Virus record (IMG/VR): IMGVR_UViG_3300036770_004547
Length of the DNA: 64,000 bases
Source: an uncultured virus (IMG/VR IMGVR_UViG_3300036770_004547)
Taxonomy: Duplodnaviria > Heunggongvirae > Uroviricota > Caudoviricetes
Strand: one strand, 5' to 3'
Below, piece after piece: positions 27,383-36,137 of the stretch (position 1 is its first letter; every line of letters begins with the position of its first letter). The translations under genes and the position numbers were made by a program. The notes below the pieces were generated by a model. The model was not told the origin of the DNA. It ran no database searches and saw only the letters and a program-made list of their open reading frames with translations.

Positions 27383-27484
27383 ATTGGTTAAGTAAATAAT
27401 GAATCCAGTTTTCATAACGGTAACTATTGTTACAAATAGTGTACGTTAGTTGTGTAATTTATGTAGTTCACTATGCTACATCTA

Positions 27485-27511
27485 CGTCCTGGATACGACG
27501 TTAAACTGTCC
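27485..27511 (+). ncRNA. CGTC/GACG-TTAAAC pseudoknot
   Basis: CGTC-ct-GGATA-c-GACG-ttaaac-TGTCC. Confidence 0.85.
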
Positions 27512-27562
27512 ACAACATATTAGTAAAACTAATGTGTCTGTATTCAATTCAATTTATTTCAA

Positions 27563-28324
27563 ATGAAACTGCTTAATTTCTCTACTGGTAATGCCAAGCT
27601 TGACAAGCGTTTGATCTTTAGTTTGCCTGCTGGTTACTCATGCCCTCACGCTGGTGTATGCAAAACATTGGCTGATCGCACCACGGGTAAAATCACTGAT
27701 CTGCCTCAGGAAAACGGTCCTAGCTGGCAAGACTATCGCTGCTTTGCTGCTATGGCAGAAACTAGACCTGCTGTACGTGATAGCCGTTGGCACAACTGGG
27801 ATCTAATCAAAGAGGTTATGTACTCTTCTGATAATCCAACAGATGCTCTTGCTGCTTTGATTCAACAATCAATTGATGAATCACAACCTGTTAAATCCAA
27901 GTATGATCTATTGCGTATCCATGAGTCAGGTGACTTCTGGACCCATGTTTATTTCAATGCTTGGTTACAGGTTGCACGTAACAACCCAGGTCTCAAGCTG
28001 TATGCATTTACAAAATCACTGGGTATGTGGTATGAAAAGCGTCATGAAATTCCTGATAACTTTTATTTAACTGCATCAGTAGGTGGCACTCTTGACTACT
28101 TAATTCCCAGGTATCCAGAAGTGTTCTATCGCGTTGCTTATGTTGTGTACACAGAAGAGCAAGCCGAGCAAATGGGTCTCGACATTGACCATGACGATTC
28201 AAAATGCTTTGGTCCTAAGTCGTTTGCACTTCTTGTTCACAACGTGCAACGCGCTGGTTCTGACGCACAGAAAGCATTGACCAAACGTCGCCTAGAAAAC
28301 AAATGGACTGGTTACAAAAAGTAA
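27563..28324 (+). CDS. GP88-like protein
   Basis: GNAKL..FSLPAGYSCP..C..C..RIHESGDF..YAFTKS. Confidence 0.7.
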   Translation: MKLLNFSTGNAKLDKRLIFSLPAGYSCPHAGVCKTLADRTTGKITDLPQENGPSWQDYRCFAAMAETRPAVRDSRWHNWDLIKEVMYSSDNPTDALAALIQQSIDESQPVKSKYDLLRIHESGDFWTHVYFNAWLQVARNNPGLKLYAFTKSLGMWYEKRHEIPDNFYLTASVGGTLDYLIPRYPEVFYRVAYVVYTEEQAEQMGLDIDHDDSKCFGPKSFALLVHNVQRAGSDAQKALTKRRLENKWTGYKK

Positions 28325-28397
28325 GATATTGATGCCGTGACATAGTTGCAATTGATGGGAAAGCTTGTATTATTTAACAGGCTTTCCCAAATCTTCT

Positions 28398-28631
28398 ATG
28401 CCTTACGTTATTGCCACAAGTAAAGACAATGTAAACTACTGCATCCGAGCAGAGAGCAAAACCAATTCTTTTGTTTTGATTCCTGTAGAATCTGATTCGG
28501 ATTTAGCTAAAGTCTTTTGCCATCCATACAGGATTGGCGCAACACAAATCTTGGATTGGATTAATGACAATGCCCCAGACCTCGCCAGTGAAAAACTCTA
28601 CGTTTGCGATGAAGGCAAATTCAGACACTGA
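28398..28631 (+). CDS. Hypothetical protein
   Basis: ORF track, start trimmed. Confidence 0.5.
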   Translation: MPYVIATSKDNVNYCIRAESKTNSFVLIPVESDSDLAKVFCHPYRIGATQILDWINDNAPDLASEKLYVCDEGKFRH

Positions 28632-30435
28632 GCGTTGGCTGGTGTTTGATATTGAATCTGATAATCTTTATGACAAGGTCACTAAGATTCACTGCATTGT
28701 CATCCATGATATCTACAGAAACAAAACTACTACTTATGGGCCTGACCGCATTAACGATGCTCTTGAGCATTTGGCTTGCGGTCATGTTCTAATAGGGCAC
28801 AACATTTTGTTCTATGACATTCCAGTAATCCGCAAACTGTATCCGTTTTATTTAGAAGAAACAACACGGATCATCGACACACTCATTTGCACTCGACTTA
28901 TCTGGCCTAAAGAAAAACTCTATGAACTTGACACAGAACAATATACGCAGGTTCCAAAGAACTTGTGTGGCTCAGCGTCGCTTAAAGCTTGGGGTTATCG
29001 TTTATCAGATTACAAGATTGACTTCAAAGATTTTTCTGAATACTCAGAAGAAATGGCGACCTACTGTAGGCAAGACGTATCAGTTACCTACAAATTATTC
29101 CAGCACATTCAAAAACAAAACTATCCAGAACCAGCGCTTAAACTGGAACATGACTTTGCTTTGGCAATTGAAAGACAAATTAGATCAGGTTTTCCTTTTG
29201 ATGTTGATGCATGCCTTGATCTGGTGGATGGTCTCAGAACAAAAGAAACGGAACTTGCAACACACCTAAAACAAATCTTTCCGCCCATTAAACATAAAGA
29301 AGTATTTATTCCAAAAGTAAATAACAAAACTCGTGGCTACGTTAAAGGTGTACCATTTGAAAAAATTCGTGTAGAAGAATTTAACCCTGGATCCAGGCAA
29401 CAAATTGTTGAGCGTTTAAAACAAAAGTACAATTGGCAACCTGAAAAACTAACCAAGAAAGGTAATCCAATTCTTGATGATGAAGTCATTGAGAAATTGC
29501 CATATCCAGAAGCTAAACCGTTGGCAGAATATATGTTGATTGAGAAACGTCTTGGTCAAATTGCTGATGGCAACAATGCTTGGCTCAAACTTGTCAACAA
29601 TGACACCGGTTGTATCCACGGCGATCTTATTACTAACGGTTGCATCACCGGACGAACTGCTGCAAGGAATCCAAATATTTCTCAAGTCCCTGCTGCTTAC
29701 TCCCCGTATGGAAAAGAATGTCGAAGTTTATTCCATGCTCCTGACGGGTGGTCTCTTATTGGTGTTGACGCTAAAGCACTTGAGTTGCGTTGCCTTGCTG
29801 GATACCTTGCCATCTGGGACGACGGAGAGTATGCCTCTGTTGTAACAAATCCGGACATTGATATCCATACATACAATCAAGAGAAGTTTAATGTTGCTAC
29901 TAGGGACATTTCAAAACGTCTTTTGTATGGACTCTTGTATGGATGTGGATCTTTAAAGGCTGGAACTATTATTGATCCGGATGAAAAAGATGAAGAAGTT
30001 CTGCGTCAACTAGGAAGTAATGCAATCAATTCATTCATGCGTGGATTGCCCGCACTTAAACGATTAAAGAGTGAAATCAGTTTGATGATTCAAGATCGTG
30101 GCTGGTTATACGGATTAGACAAACGTATTTTGTATTGCCGTTCTGACTTCAAAGGATTAAATGTACTGTTGCAATCTTCTGGTGCATTGATTATGAAACA
30201 AGTTGTCATTAACTTACATCAATCAATGAAAGAAACTGGTTATCAGTATGGAATTGATTGGCAACAAAATGCATTTGTTCATGATGAAATTGAATTAAGT
30301 TGTCCTTTTGATAATGTAAATACAATTACTTCAATATGCTTGCAATCTTTTATAAATGCTGGTAAATTTTTTGGATTCCGTTGTTTAATTGAAGGAGATG
30401 CAAAAGTTGGGAAAACGTGGTATGACACACATTGA
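28609..30435 (+). CDS. polA: Family A DNA polymerase (T7-like, with 3'-5' exonuclease)
   Basis: Exo motifs FDIES, GHNILFYD, YCRQDV; motif A DAKALELR; motif B KRLLYGLLYG (Tyr at the E. coli 762 equivalent); motif C VHDE. Confidence 0.95.
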   Translation: MKANSDTERWLVFDIESDNLYDKVTKIHCIVIHDIYRNKTTTYGPDRINDALEHLACGHVLIGHNILFYDIPVIRKLYPFYLEETTRIIDTLICTRLIWPKEKLYELDTEQYTQVPKNLCGSASLKAWGYRLSDYKIDFKDFSEYSEEMATYCRQDVSVTYKLFQHIQKQNYPEPALKLEHDFALAIERQIRSGFPFDVDACLDLVDGLRTKETELATHLKQIFPPIKHKEVFIPKVNNKTRGYVKGVPFEKIRVEEFNPGSRQQIVERLKQKYNWQPEKLTKKGNPILDDEVIEKLPYPEAKPLAEYMLIEKRLGQIADGNNAWLKLVNNDTGCIHGDLITNGCITGRTAARNPNISQVPAAYSPYGKECRSLFHAPDGWSLIGVDAKALELRCLAGYLAIWDDGEYASVVTNPDIDIHTYNQEKFNVATRDISKRLLYGLLYGCGSLKAGTIIDPDEKDEEVLRQLGSNAINSFMRGLPALKRLKSEISLMIQDRGWLYGLDKRILYCRSDFKGLNVLLQSSGALIMKQVVINLHQSMKETGYQYGIDWQQNAFVHDEIELSCPFDNVNTITSICLQSFINAGKFFGFRCLIEGDAKVGKTWYDTH

Positions 30436-30859
30436 TGTACAAGAATGGTTTGATTATAAAGATGGAAATTTATATTGGAAAAAATCTCCTGCTAAACAAG
30501 TAAAGGAAGGAAGTCAAGCCGGATCTATGAATGCTTATGGTTATGTAAGAGTTACTTTTAGAAAAAAAGAATATATGTTGCATCGTTTAATTTGGTTATG
30601 GCACAAAAAAGAATTAATTGAAGGAATGCAAATCGATCATATTAATCAATGTAAAACAGATAATCGAATTGAAAATTTAAGACAAGTATCTCCGTCTGAA
30701 AATAAATTAAACAATAAAGCTAAATATGTTAGTTACTCGACAAAATCTAAAAAATGGGTCGCTTATGGACCAGCAATAAAACGTGTGTACCATTATATTG
30801 GTATGTTTCAAACCAAACAAGAAGCCGAAGAAGCTGTTAAAATTTATTGTTCGTCCTAG
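30422..30859 (+). CDS. HNH endonuclease (AP2-like C-terminus)
   Basis: HRLIWLWH..IDHINQCKTDNRIENLR..YIGMFQTKQEAEEA; AT-rich. Confidence 0.85.
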   Translation: MTHIDVQEWFDYKDGNLYWKKSPAKQVKEGSQAGSMNAYGYVRVTFRKKEYMLHRLIWLWHKKELIEGMQIDHINQCKTDNRIENLRQVSPSENKLNNKAKYVSYSTKSKKWVAYGPAIKRVYHYIGMFQTKQEAEEAVKIYCSS

Positions 30860-30878
30860 GCATGACGCTAAACTGCCT
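30852..30878 (+). ncRNA. CGTC/GACG-TTAAAC pseudoknot
   Basis: CGTC-ct-AGGCA-t-GACG-ctaaac-TGCCT. Confidence 0.85.
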
Positions 30879-30899
30879 TACCACCTGACTTCTGATCCA

Positions 30900-31712
30900 A
30901 TGAATCTTTCATTTCTTTGCGCTCAAACTACTGAGGTTCCAAAAGAGAAAGCTATTAGCGAAAACTCTTTTGCAACTGTGTGCAATTTGTTGCTTCCACC
31001 TGTAGGTAACAAAGCTCCAACACCGATTCAACTTAGTATCTACGGCAAAGCTGCTGAGCGTTTTGCTCGTGTACCAGCAGGTGCACAGATCTACATCCAT
31101 GGTTCAAAGCTTCGTTATGATCTGAACTCCAAAACCTATTCATTGCAAGGCGGTATTGTTACTCAAGTAGATACATCATTTCCAATTCTGAACACTGTGA
31201 TCCTTAGTGGTCGCTGTGTTAAAGACATTGATCAAGATGATGCACGTGCATTTAAGACAACCGCAGATGGATTGATGATCTGCAATCAAACTCTTTCTGT
31301 TAACACAGGAAGGAATCAAGCGGATCTGTTTAACTTCTATGCAATTAATACTGCAGAAGATAAGTTAAACAATGCCGAATTGCTTGTTAACTTTACGCGT
31401 AAAGGTATTGGCCTTAGCATCCAAGGGAAACTTGTTACTGATTCTTGGGTAGATAAAGAAACCAAAGAGAAAAAGAACCTAACCAAAATTCAGTTGGTAT
31501 CAATGACCTTGGCCCCCAAAGGGTCCAATGAGTCCAGGCCAATTGAACCCCAGACTACTGTTGCATCTGACTCAGGTGTTGCTAGTCTATGGGGTGGCAA
31601 GACCGCTGAAGACATCGCTGAGCCTTGGGGTGCACAGACTGGAAACTCTCTTCCTGATCTGCCTGGCTACGCACTGGCTTCTGTTGGTTCTGACGAAGAT
31701 GTTCCCTTTTGA
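30900..31712 (+). CDS. ssb: Single-stranded DNA-binding protein with tandem OB folds
   Basis: NTVILSGR..KGIGLSIQGKLVTDSWVDKET; acidic tail DEDVPF; N-terminal second OB-like half. Confidence 0.8.
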   Translation: MNLSFLCAQTTEVPKEKAISENSFATVCNLLLPPVGNKAPTPIQLSIYGKAAERFARVPAGAQIYIHGSKLRYDLNSKTYSLQGGIVTQVDTSFPILNTVILSGRCVKDIDQDDARAFKTTADGLMICNQTLSVNTGRNQADLFNFYAINTAEDKLNNAELLVNFTRKGIGLSIQGKLVTDSWVDKETKEKKNLTKIQLVSMTLAPKGSNESRPIEPQTTVASDSGVASLWGGKTAEDIAEPWGAQTGNSLPDLPGYALASVGSDEDVPF

Positions 31713-31717
31713 ATTCA

Positions 31718-31951
31718 ATGACTGTTTACAACCACTACGAATTTAAACACATTGATGATTCCACTACTTACTTGGTTTCATTTAATGCTGACCTTGGATC
31801 AAGTGTTATTGATTCTTTTGTTCAGTTTATGTGTGGCTGTGGGTTTGCCAAAGACTTTGTAATTGAATACATGGAAGAAATTGTTGACGAACACAAAGAC
31901 ATGAAAAAGAAACTTGCAGAAATTAAAGACGATCTTATTAGTCTTGATTGA
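31718..31951 (+). CDS. Hypothetical protein
   Basis: ORF track. Confidence 0.6.
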   Translation: MTVYNHYEFKHIDDSTTYLVSFNADLGSSVIDSFVQFMCGCGFAKDFVIEYMEEIVDEHKDMKKKLAEIKDDLISLD

Positions 31952-31956
31952 TTAAA

Positions 31957-31983
31957 CGTCCTGGGCATGACGTTAAACTGCCT
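31957..31983 (+). ncRNA. CGTC/GACG-TTAAAC pseudoknot
   Basis: CGTC-ct-GGGCA-t-GACG-ttaaac-TGCCT. Confidence 0.85.
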
Positions 31984-32004
31984 GTCACTCAACAACAAGC
32001 AATT

Positions 32005-33096
32005 ATGACTTCTATTCTTGATGCTCTGAGACAACCTGACCCCGATACTGAACAAACCTCTGAACCTACTACTAAAACTTCTGCAAAGATTATGACCACT
32101 AAGAAGACATCTGCTCTCGCTACTCGTGGACTGGATTCATTCAAACTTTTTCAAGACAAAAGGTTTGTCTCCGGATACCAAAACCTCGTCACAATTCAAC
32201 CCCTTAATAAGTCTAAGACACGAGGTTGGTTCGTGCGGAACTCAGACCTTGACACTTGTGGATGGAACGCCACTGAAGATCAATTTGCTAAGGGTTCAGT
32301 TTTCTGGAACTACAAGCAAACTTTTGGTATGGCTCCCAACACTTCAGTTGAAGAAGGACTCAATTTTGTTGAGCCTCGCATTCAAATCCTTTTACGTTCT
32401 CCCCTCATGGTTGAGGAAACTATGGGAATGAGGCAAACAATTGGAACCTTTGATGATCCAGCCGTTAAGGAATTGTTTGATGCTGACAAGACGGCATCTG
32501 ATCTTGCCAATAGCAAAGGTGAGATGTACAAGCGTAAGTACAGTGTGCGTACCAAGTATCTTGTTTACATCTTGACAGAAGATAACAAGCGTGCACACAA
32601 GATTCCAATGGTCCTTACTTTGAAAGGACTGAATGGAACTGATGCTGCTGACAAGATTAAACTGTATGAAAAGGAGATGTCTAAGTGCTTAAGCAAAGCA
32701 CTGGACTCTGAGATTCCATTGGCATTCAATGAAAAGTTCTACGCCACTACCGTATTTGCTCCGGTACTTGCCAACGAAATGCGTGGAGCCAACAACGTTG
32801 AGATCTGTGCAATTGAATCTTTTGGTATCCCTGATTACAGCAGCCAAGAAACAGCAATCGAATCACTGAATCAAATGTCAATTCCTGATGAAGATCGGGA
32901 ATCAACTTGGAAGTATCAAGACATGTTTGCTGACTATATTAATCAGCATGCAAAACAAGATGCTGAAAAACTTGGTGGTGCTTATGGAATTAAAGAAGGT
33001 GTAGAAATTCTTCCTGCATCTAGGGGTGGTGATGTAGATGTCAAACTCTTAGCATCTGCACAAGATCCTGATACTGGAGAAAATTATTCTTTCTGA
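32005..33096 (+). CDS. Hypothetical protein (DUF5895-like; candidate ssDNA-binding/annealing protein)
   Basis: PRIQILLRSPL..YLVYILTEDNKRAHKIPMVLTLKG; acidic-aromatic tail; replication context. Confidence 0.5.
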   Translation: MTSILDALRQPDPDTEQTSEPTTKTSAKIMTTKKTSALATRGLDSFKLFQDKRFVSGYQNLVTIQPLNKSKTRGWFVRNSDLDTCGWNATEDQFAKGSVFWNYKQTFGMAPNTSVEEGLNFVEPRIQILLRSPLMVEETMGMRQTIGTFDDPAVKELFDADKTASDLANSKGEMYKRKYSVRTKYLVYILTEDNKRAHKIPMVLTLKGLNGTDAADKIKLYEKEMSKCLSKALDSEIPLAFNEKFYATTVFAPVLANEMRGANNVEICAIESFGIPDYSSQETAIESLNQMSIPDEDRESTWKYQDMFADYINQHAKQDAEKLGGAYGIKEGVEILPASRGGDVDVKLLASAQDPDTGENYSF

Positions 33097-33356
33097 GATT
33101 TAAGTTCGGGGTTAGCAATGTCATTTGCATCAATCAACACATTGTTGAATAGGTGGATGTCTTTGACTAACCCTCTAATTACTGCTTGACGTTGTGTGGC
33201 GATTCTTGCCAAAAGGGTCGCCATTTCTTTTAAAGCACTTACGGAATTACACTCTTGAATTGAACGTTTAATTTTTTCTTCCCAAAACAAATCATCCATT
33301 GATGGTTCAATGTCAAACTTGCTAAGAGGTACGTAATGCTCTTCCATAAGTACCAT
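33084..33356 (-). CDS. Hypothetical protein (isolated minus-strand gene)
   Basis: ORF track; helical with NblA-like size, function unproven. Confidence 0.55.
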   Translation of the reverse strand: MVLMEEHYVPLSKFDIEPSMDDLFWEEKIKRSIQECNSVSALKEMATLLARIATQRQAVIRGLVKDIHLFNNVLIDANDIANPELKSQKE

Positions 33357-33389
33357 GGAGGATAATCAATTCTACACACAACTACACAA

Positions 33390-33566
33390 ATGAAACCAGA
33401 AGATAAAGCAGCATTTGCTACGGGACTAACAACTGGTCTGGTCGCTGGCACAATTGCTGCTATGCTAGGGACGCCCGCAGGCTGGGCTATTACCATTTGG
33501 GGTACGTACCTAATGGCTAAAGGTGTTTACGAAAGCACCAAATACAACTCAACACCAAAGAAATGA
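33390..33566 (+). CDS. Small membrane protein (not in track)
   Basis: MKPEDKAAFATGLTTGLVAGTIAAMLGTPAGWAITIWG; ATGA-coupled to the next gene. Confidence 0.55.
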   Translation: MKPEDKAAFATGLTTGLVAGTIAAMLGTPAGWAITIWGTYLMAKGVYESTKYNSTPKK

Positions 33567-34528
33567 CTGAACTAATTACTCAACTTAATCAAGCTCAACA
33601 ACTTATCTACACCAAAAGCAATCTGCGTCGTGCGTTCCAAGACTTTGATGACACAGAAATCTCTTCCATTTATTTGCGAGATGATCTTGTTATCGTGGTG
33701 CGTAACGATGGTACTGAGCAAACTTACAACAGGCAACTAATTAAAGCTGCGTACCAGCAGTTCACTTATCGTTTAAAAGATTTCTTTTCTTACTTGGGAC
33801 CTAACTTTCGTGGACCATCCATCTGGCGCAACAACTCTTACATCATGTTCAAAGGTTGGCATTACAGCCACAAGTTGGGGTATCTTTCGCAAGCTGCGCA
33901 AATGCAACGTGCGTGGGCCGATAAGTTCATTCATATTTCAGATCAGGCTAAATTGGTTCATTTACTCCAATCAGATCAAACTGATCTTGGGCACCTCGTT
34001 GCCCCTGATGGTTTCCACGAGATTGATCAGGCCATTGATCTTGATGCTCCTGAACTTGATTCGACTACTGAAGCTGAAAGCGTACCTAAACTACAGGCAA
34101 GTCCGTACTGCTCTTGTGGATCATTTCAGCGACAGTTAAATAATCTGTCTGAGTTCCAGGCTGAGATTGAAGGTTACAAACCCTGGTGCATTCACTTGAC
34201 ATGGATGCAGCGATATCGTCAACTCCTTGTTAAGCGCAGTGAAGTCAGGTCGCAATGCCGTGGTCAAACTGCAGAGCAAGCGGTAGCCTGGTGGTACGCC
34301 CCACCAGAAGGCACATCAAATGAAGGTCGGTTTCTTGTTCTATACACCAAGCAGGGCTCTATGGCTCCGCTTAAAGCCTGGCGTACTTACAAACCAAAAG
34401 AAGTCTTTACGCAACATCATGTCTGGGATTTGTTTGATAACATGTTAGACAACGGGTTCATTCCATTTCCTGGGACTGCACTTCCACAACTGAGTAATGC
34501 ATGGAAAACACCGGCAAAGAGTACGTAG
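33563..34528 (+). CDS. SWIM zinc-finger protein
   Basis: YCSCGSF...KPWCIHL (CxC..CxH). Confidence 0.7.
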   Translation: MTELITQLNQAQQLIYTKSNLRRAFQDFDDTEISSIYLRDDLVIVVRNDGTEQTYNRQLIKAAYQQFTYRLKDFFSYLGPNFRGPSIWRNNSYIMFKGWHYSHKLGYLSQAAQMQRAWADKFIHISDQAKLVHLLQSDQTDLGHLVAPDGFHEIDQAIDLDAPELDSTTEAESVPKLQASPYCSCGSFQRQLNNLSEFQAEIEGYKPWCIHLTWMQRYRQLLVKRSEVRSQCRGQTAEQAVAWWYAPPEGTSNEGRFLVLYTKQGSMAPLKAWRTYKPKEVFTQHHVWDLFDNMLDNGFIPFPGTALPQLSNAWKTPAKST

Positions 34529-34758
34529 CTCAAATGCAATTTGAATGTACTGACCCAGAGTCTGTCTTTAAACTAGACATCCGATTCATTGAAGAAGAAG
34601 ATGGGGGCGGCACTATTCAAATTGAATGGGACGAAGAAGATGCTGATCTCCAGTGGTGGAATAACCTTGGAGAAGAAAAACAACAACAGTTTATTATTGA
34701 TGCCTTAAACGTTGCTATTTCTAATGCACTTAATGGAGATGAGTCTGATGAGCTTTGA
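34501..34758 (+). CDS. Acidic hypothetical protein
   Basis: ORF track. Confidence 0.55.
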   Translation: MENTGKEYVAQMQFECTDPESVFKLDIRFIEEEDGGGTIQIEWDEEDADLQWWNNLGEEKQQQFIIDALNVAISNALNGDESDEL

Positions 34759-35065
34759 AACTTATGGCTTGCCTGAAGGTGAGTACTATAAACTTCTGCG
34801 CAGCAAATCTGAGTTTATTCTTAACTGCCTGGCGGTTATGACAACTGAAGCTTCTAATAAAGGCATTAACCTTCAAGGGTTTAGTGATAAGTTTCTTTGG
34901 GATTTGTTTATGGAATGTGTGTACTCTGCTGATGAGCAAGCACGCATGATTCAAAAAGAAAACAACCCAGATGAAATTAAAGCTCGGTCATGGGATCCAG
35001 GGCCTAGCCGGGGTGACATGATGGAAGAAATTAAAAACATCAAAGAACTACTAACAGACAAATAG
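34748..35065 (+). CDS. Hypothetical protein
   Basis: ORF track, start trimmed. Confidence 0.55.
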   Translation: MSFETYGLPEGEYYKLLRSKSEFILNCLAVMTTEASNKGINLQGFSDKFLWDLFMECVYSADEQARMIQKENNPDEIKARSWDPGPSRGDMMEEIKNIKELLTDK

Positions 35066-35074
35066 TTTGTTATA

Positions 35075-35101
35075 CGTCCTAAGCATGACGTTAAACTGCT
35101 T
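35075..35101 (+). ncRNA. CGTC/GACG-TTAAAC pseudoknot
   Basis: CGTC-ct-AAGCA-t-GACG-ttaaac-TGCTT. Confidence 0.85.
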
Positions 35102-35124
35102 GCCAACCAAATTTATTACTACTC

Positions 35125-35247
35125 ATGTTTGAAGTTATTCTTGGCGTTGTTCTTCCTGTTGTCAAAGATCTTCTTTGGACAGCATGCGGAGCTTTGCTGG
35201 CCTATGCAATTAACAAAATTCAATCACACTTCAGTAATGTCTTCTGA
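35125..35247 (+). CDS. 40-aa hydrophobic peptide (not in track)
   Basis: MFEVILGVVLPVVKDLLWTACGALLAYAINKIQSHFSNVF. Confidence 0.5.
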   Translation: MFEVILGVVLPVVKDLLWTACGALLAYAINKIQSHFSNVF

Positions 35248-35452
35248 TACAACCAGGCGCATTGTTGAACTTGCAAAGTCTTACGGCTTTACATTGTTAA
35301 GACAAAAGCGTCATCTTATATTTAAACATTCTTCTGGCAAGATTATTGCTACGTCTCGAACGTCTAGTGATAAACGCGCACTTAAGAATATTGAATCAAC
35401 AATCAAAAAACTTATTTTAAACAATGACTCAAATTACGAAAACAAATCTTAA
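35237..35452 (+). CDS. HicA-like small basic protein
   Basis: LAKSYGFTLLRQKRHLIFKHSSGKII..TSSD.RALKN. Confidence 0.6.
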   Translation: MSSDTTRRIVELAKSYGFTLLRQKRHLIFKHSSGKIIATSRTSSDKRALKNIESTIKKLILNNDSNYENKS

Positions 35453-36137
35453 AGAACTAACGATCTTTAAACTGTATGAGCACTATGGTGCCCTTGAACG
35501 CTCTATTCCTTTATTGGTTTCTGAATCCCAGGAGCTGGCACAGGCTGAGCTTGAGCAGTGCCTTGCCCTTCGGTCTGAAAAGATTGATCGGCTGTACTAC
35601 GCATGGGCGCACCACGAGGACGCAGTAGAGCGTGCCAAGAAAGAACAGGAGCTTTTGGTAACAGCACGTAAGCACCACGAGTCCCAAGTCACTAAGATCA
35701 AGGGGCTTATCAACTGGCTGCGGCGTGCAGCACCACTGGATTCCAATAGGATTACTGGCAAAAACTATGAGTTTGTTCTTAGCAAAAAACGTGAGCTGAC
35801 TGTAGAAATTTCTATTCCTGTAGAGGAATGGAACGAAGCAGATCGCAACGAATTTTGTTTGCAACAAACTGTTACCACAACCAAAAAAACTGTGGTAACT
35901 TCCATGAGTGGTGACGAAATTGAACGCACTACTACACCGGTAACAAAAACAGAAATTATTCCAAATGCCGACAAACTCCGCAGTGCTTACCAAGAAGGAC
36001 AACGAATCCCCGAAGGCGTCAAAATCTGCCAAGACTACAACATCAAGCGGAATCGAATTGTCCACACTAAAGGAATGGACAATCTTCCATCCGAATATCC
36101 AGAAGAGTTTTTACCAGAACTTGAAGCCGCCGACTGA
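35424..36137 (+). CDS. Siphovirus Gp157-like protein
   Basis: SEKIDR..coiled coil..PNADKLRSAYQEGQRIPEGVKI. Confidence 0.7.
   Translation: MTQITKTNLKELTIFKLYEHYGALERSIPLLVSESQELAQAELEQCLALRSEKIDRLYYAWAHHEDAVERAKKEQELLVTARKHHESQVTKIKGLINWLRRAAPLDSNRITGKNYEFVLSKKRELTVEISIPVEEWNEADRNEFCLQQTVTTTKKTVVTSMSGDEIERTTTPVTKTEIIPNADKLRSAYQEGQRIPEGVKICQDYNIKRNRIVHTKGMDNLPSEYPEEFLPELEAAD

Noticed and set aside
33084..33356. nblA assignment
   Set aside because: Size and helical pattern are suggestive, but the typical LSLEQQF-like motif is not clear; left as hypothetical.
15612..35101. TTAAAC repeat as a CRISPR repeat, a T7-like phage promoter or a pistol ribozyme
   Set aside because: Copies are kilobases apart with genes between them. 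The variable positions covary as base pairs. No phage RNA polymerase is visible. The pistol P2/P3 core is absent despite a similar P1-UUAAA start.
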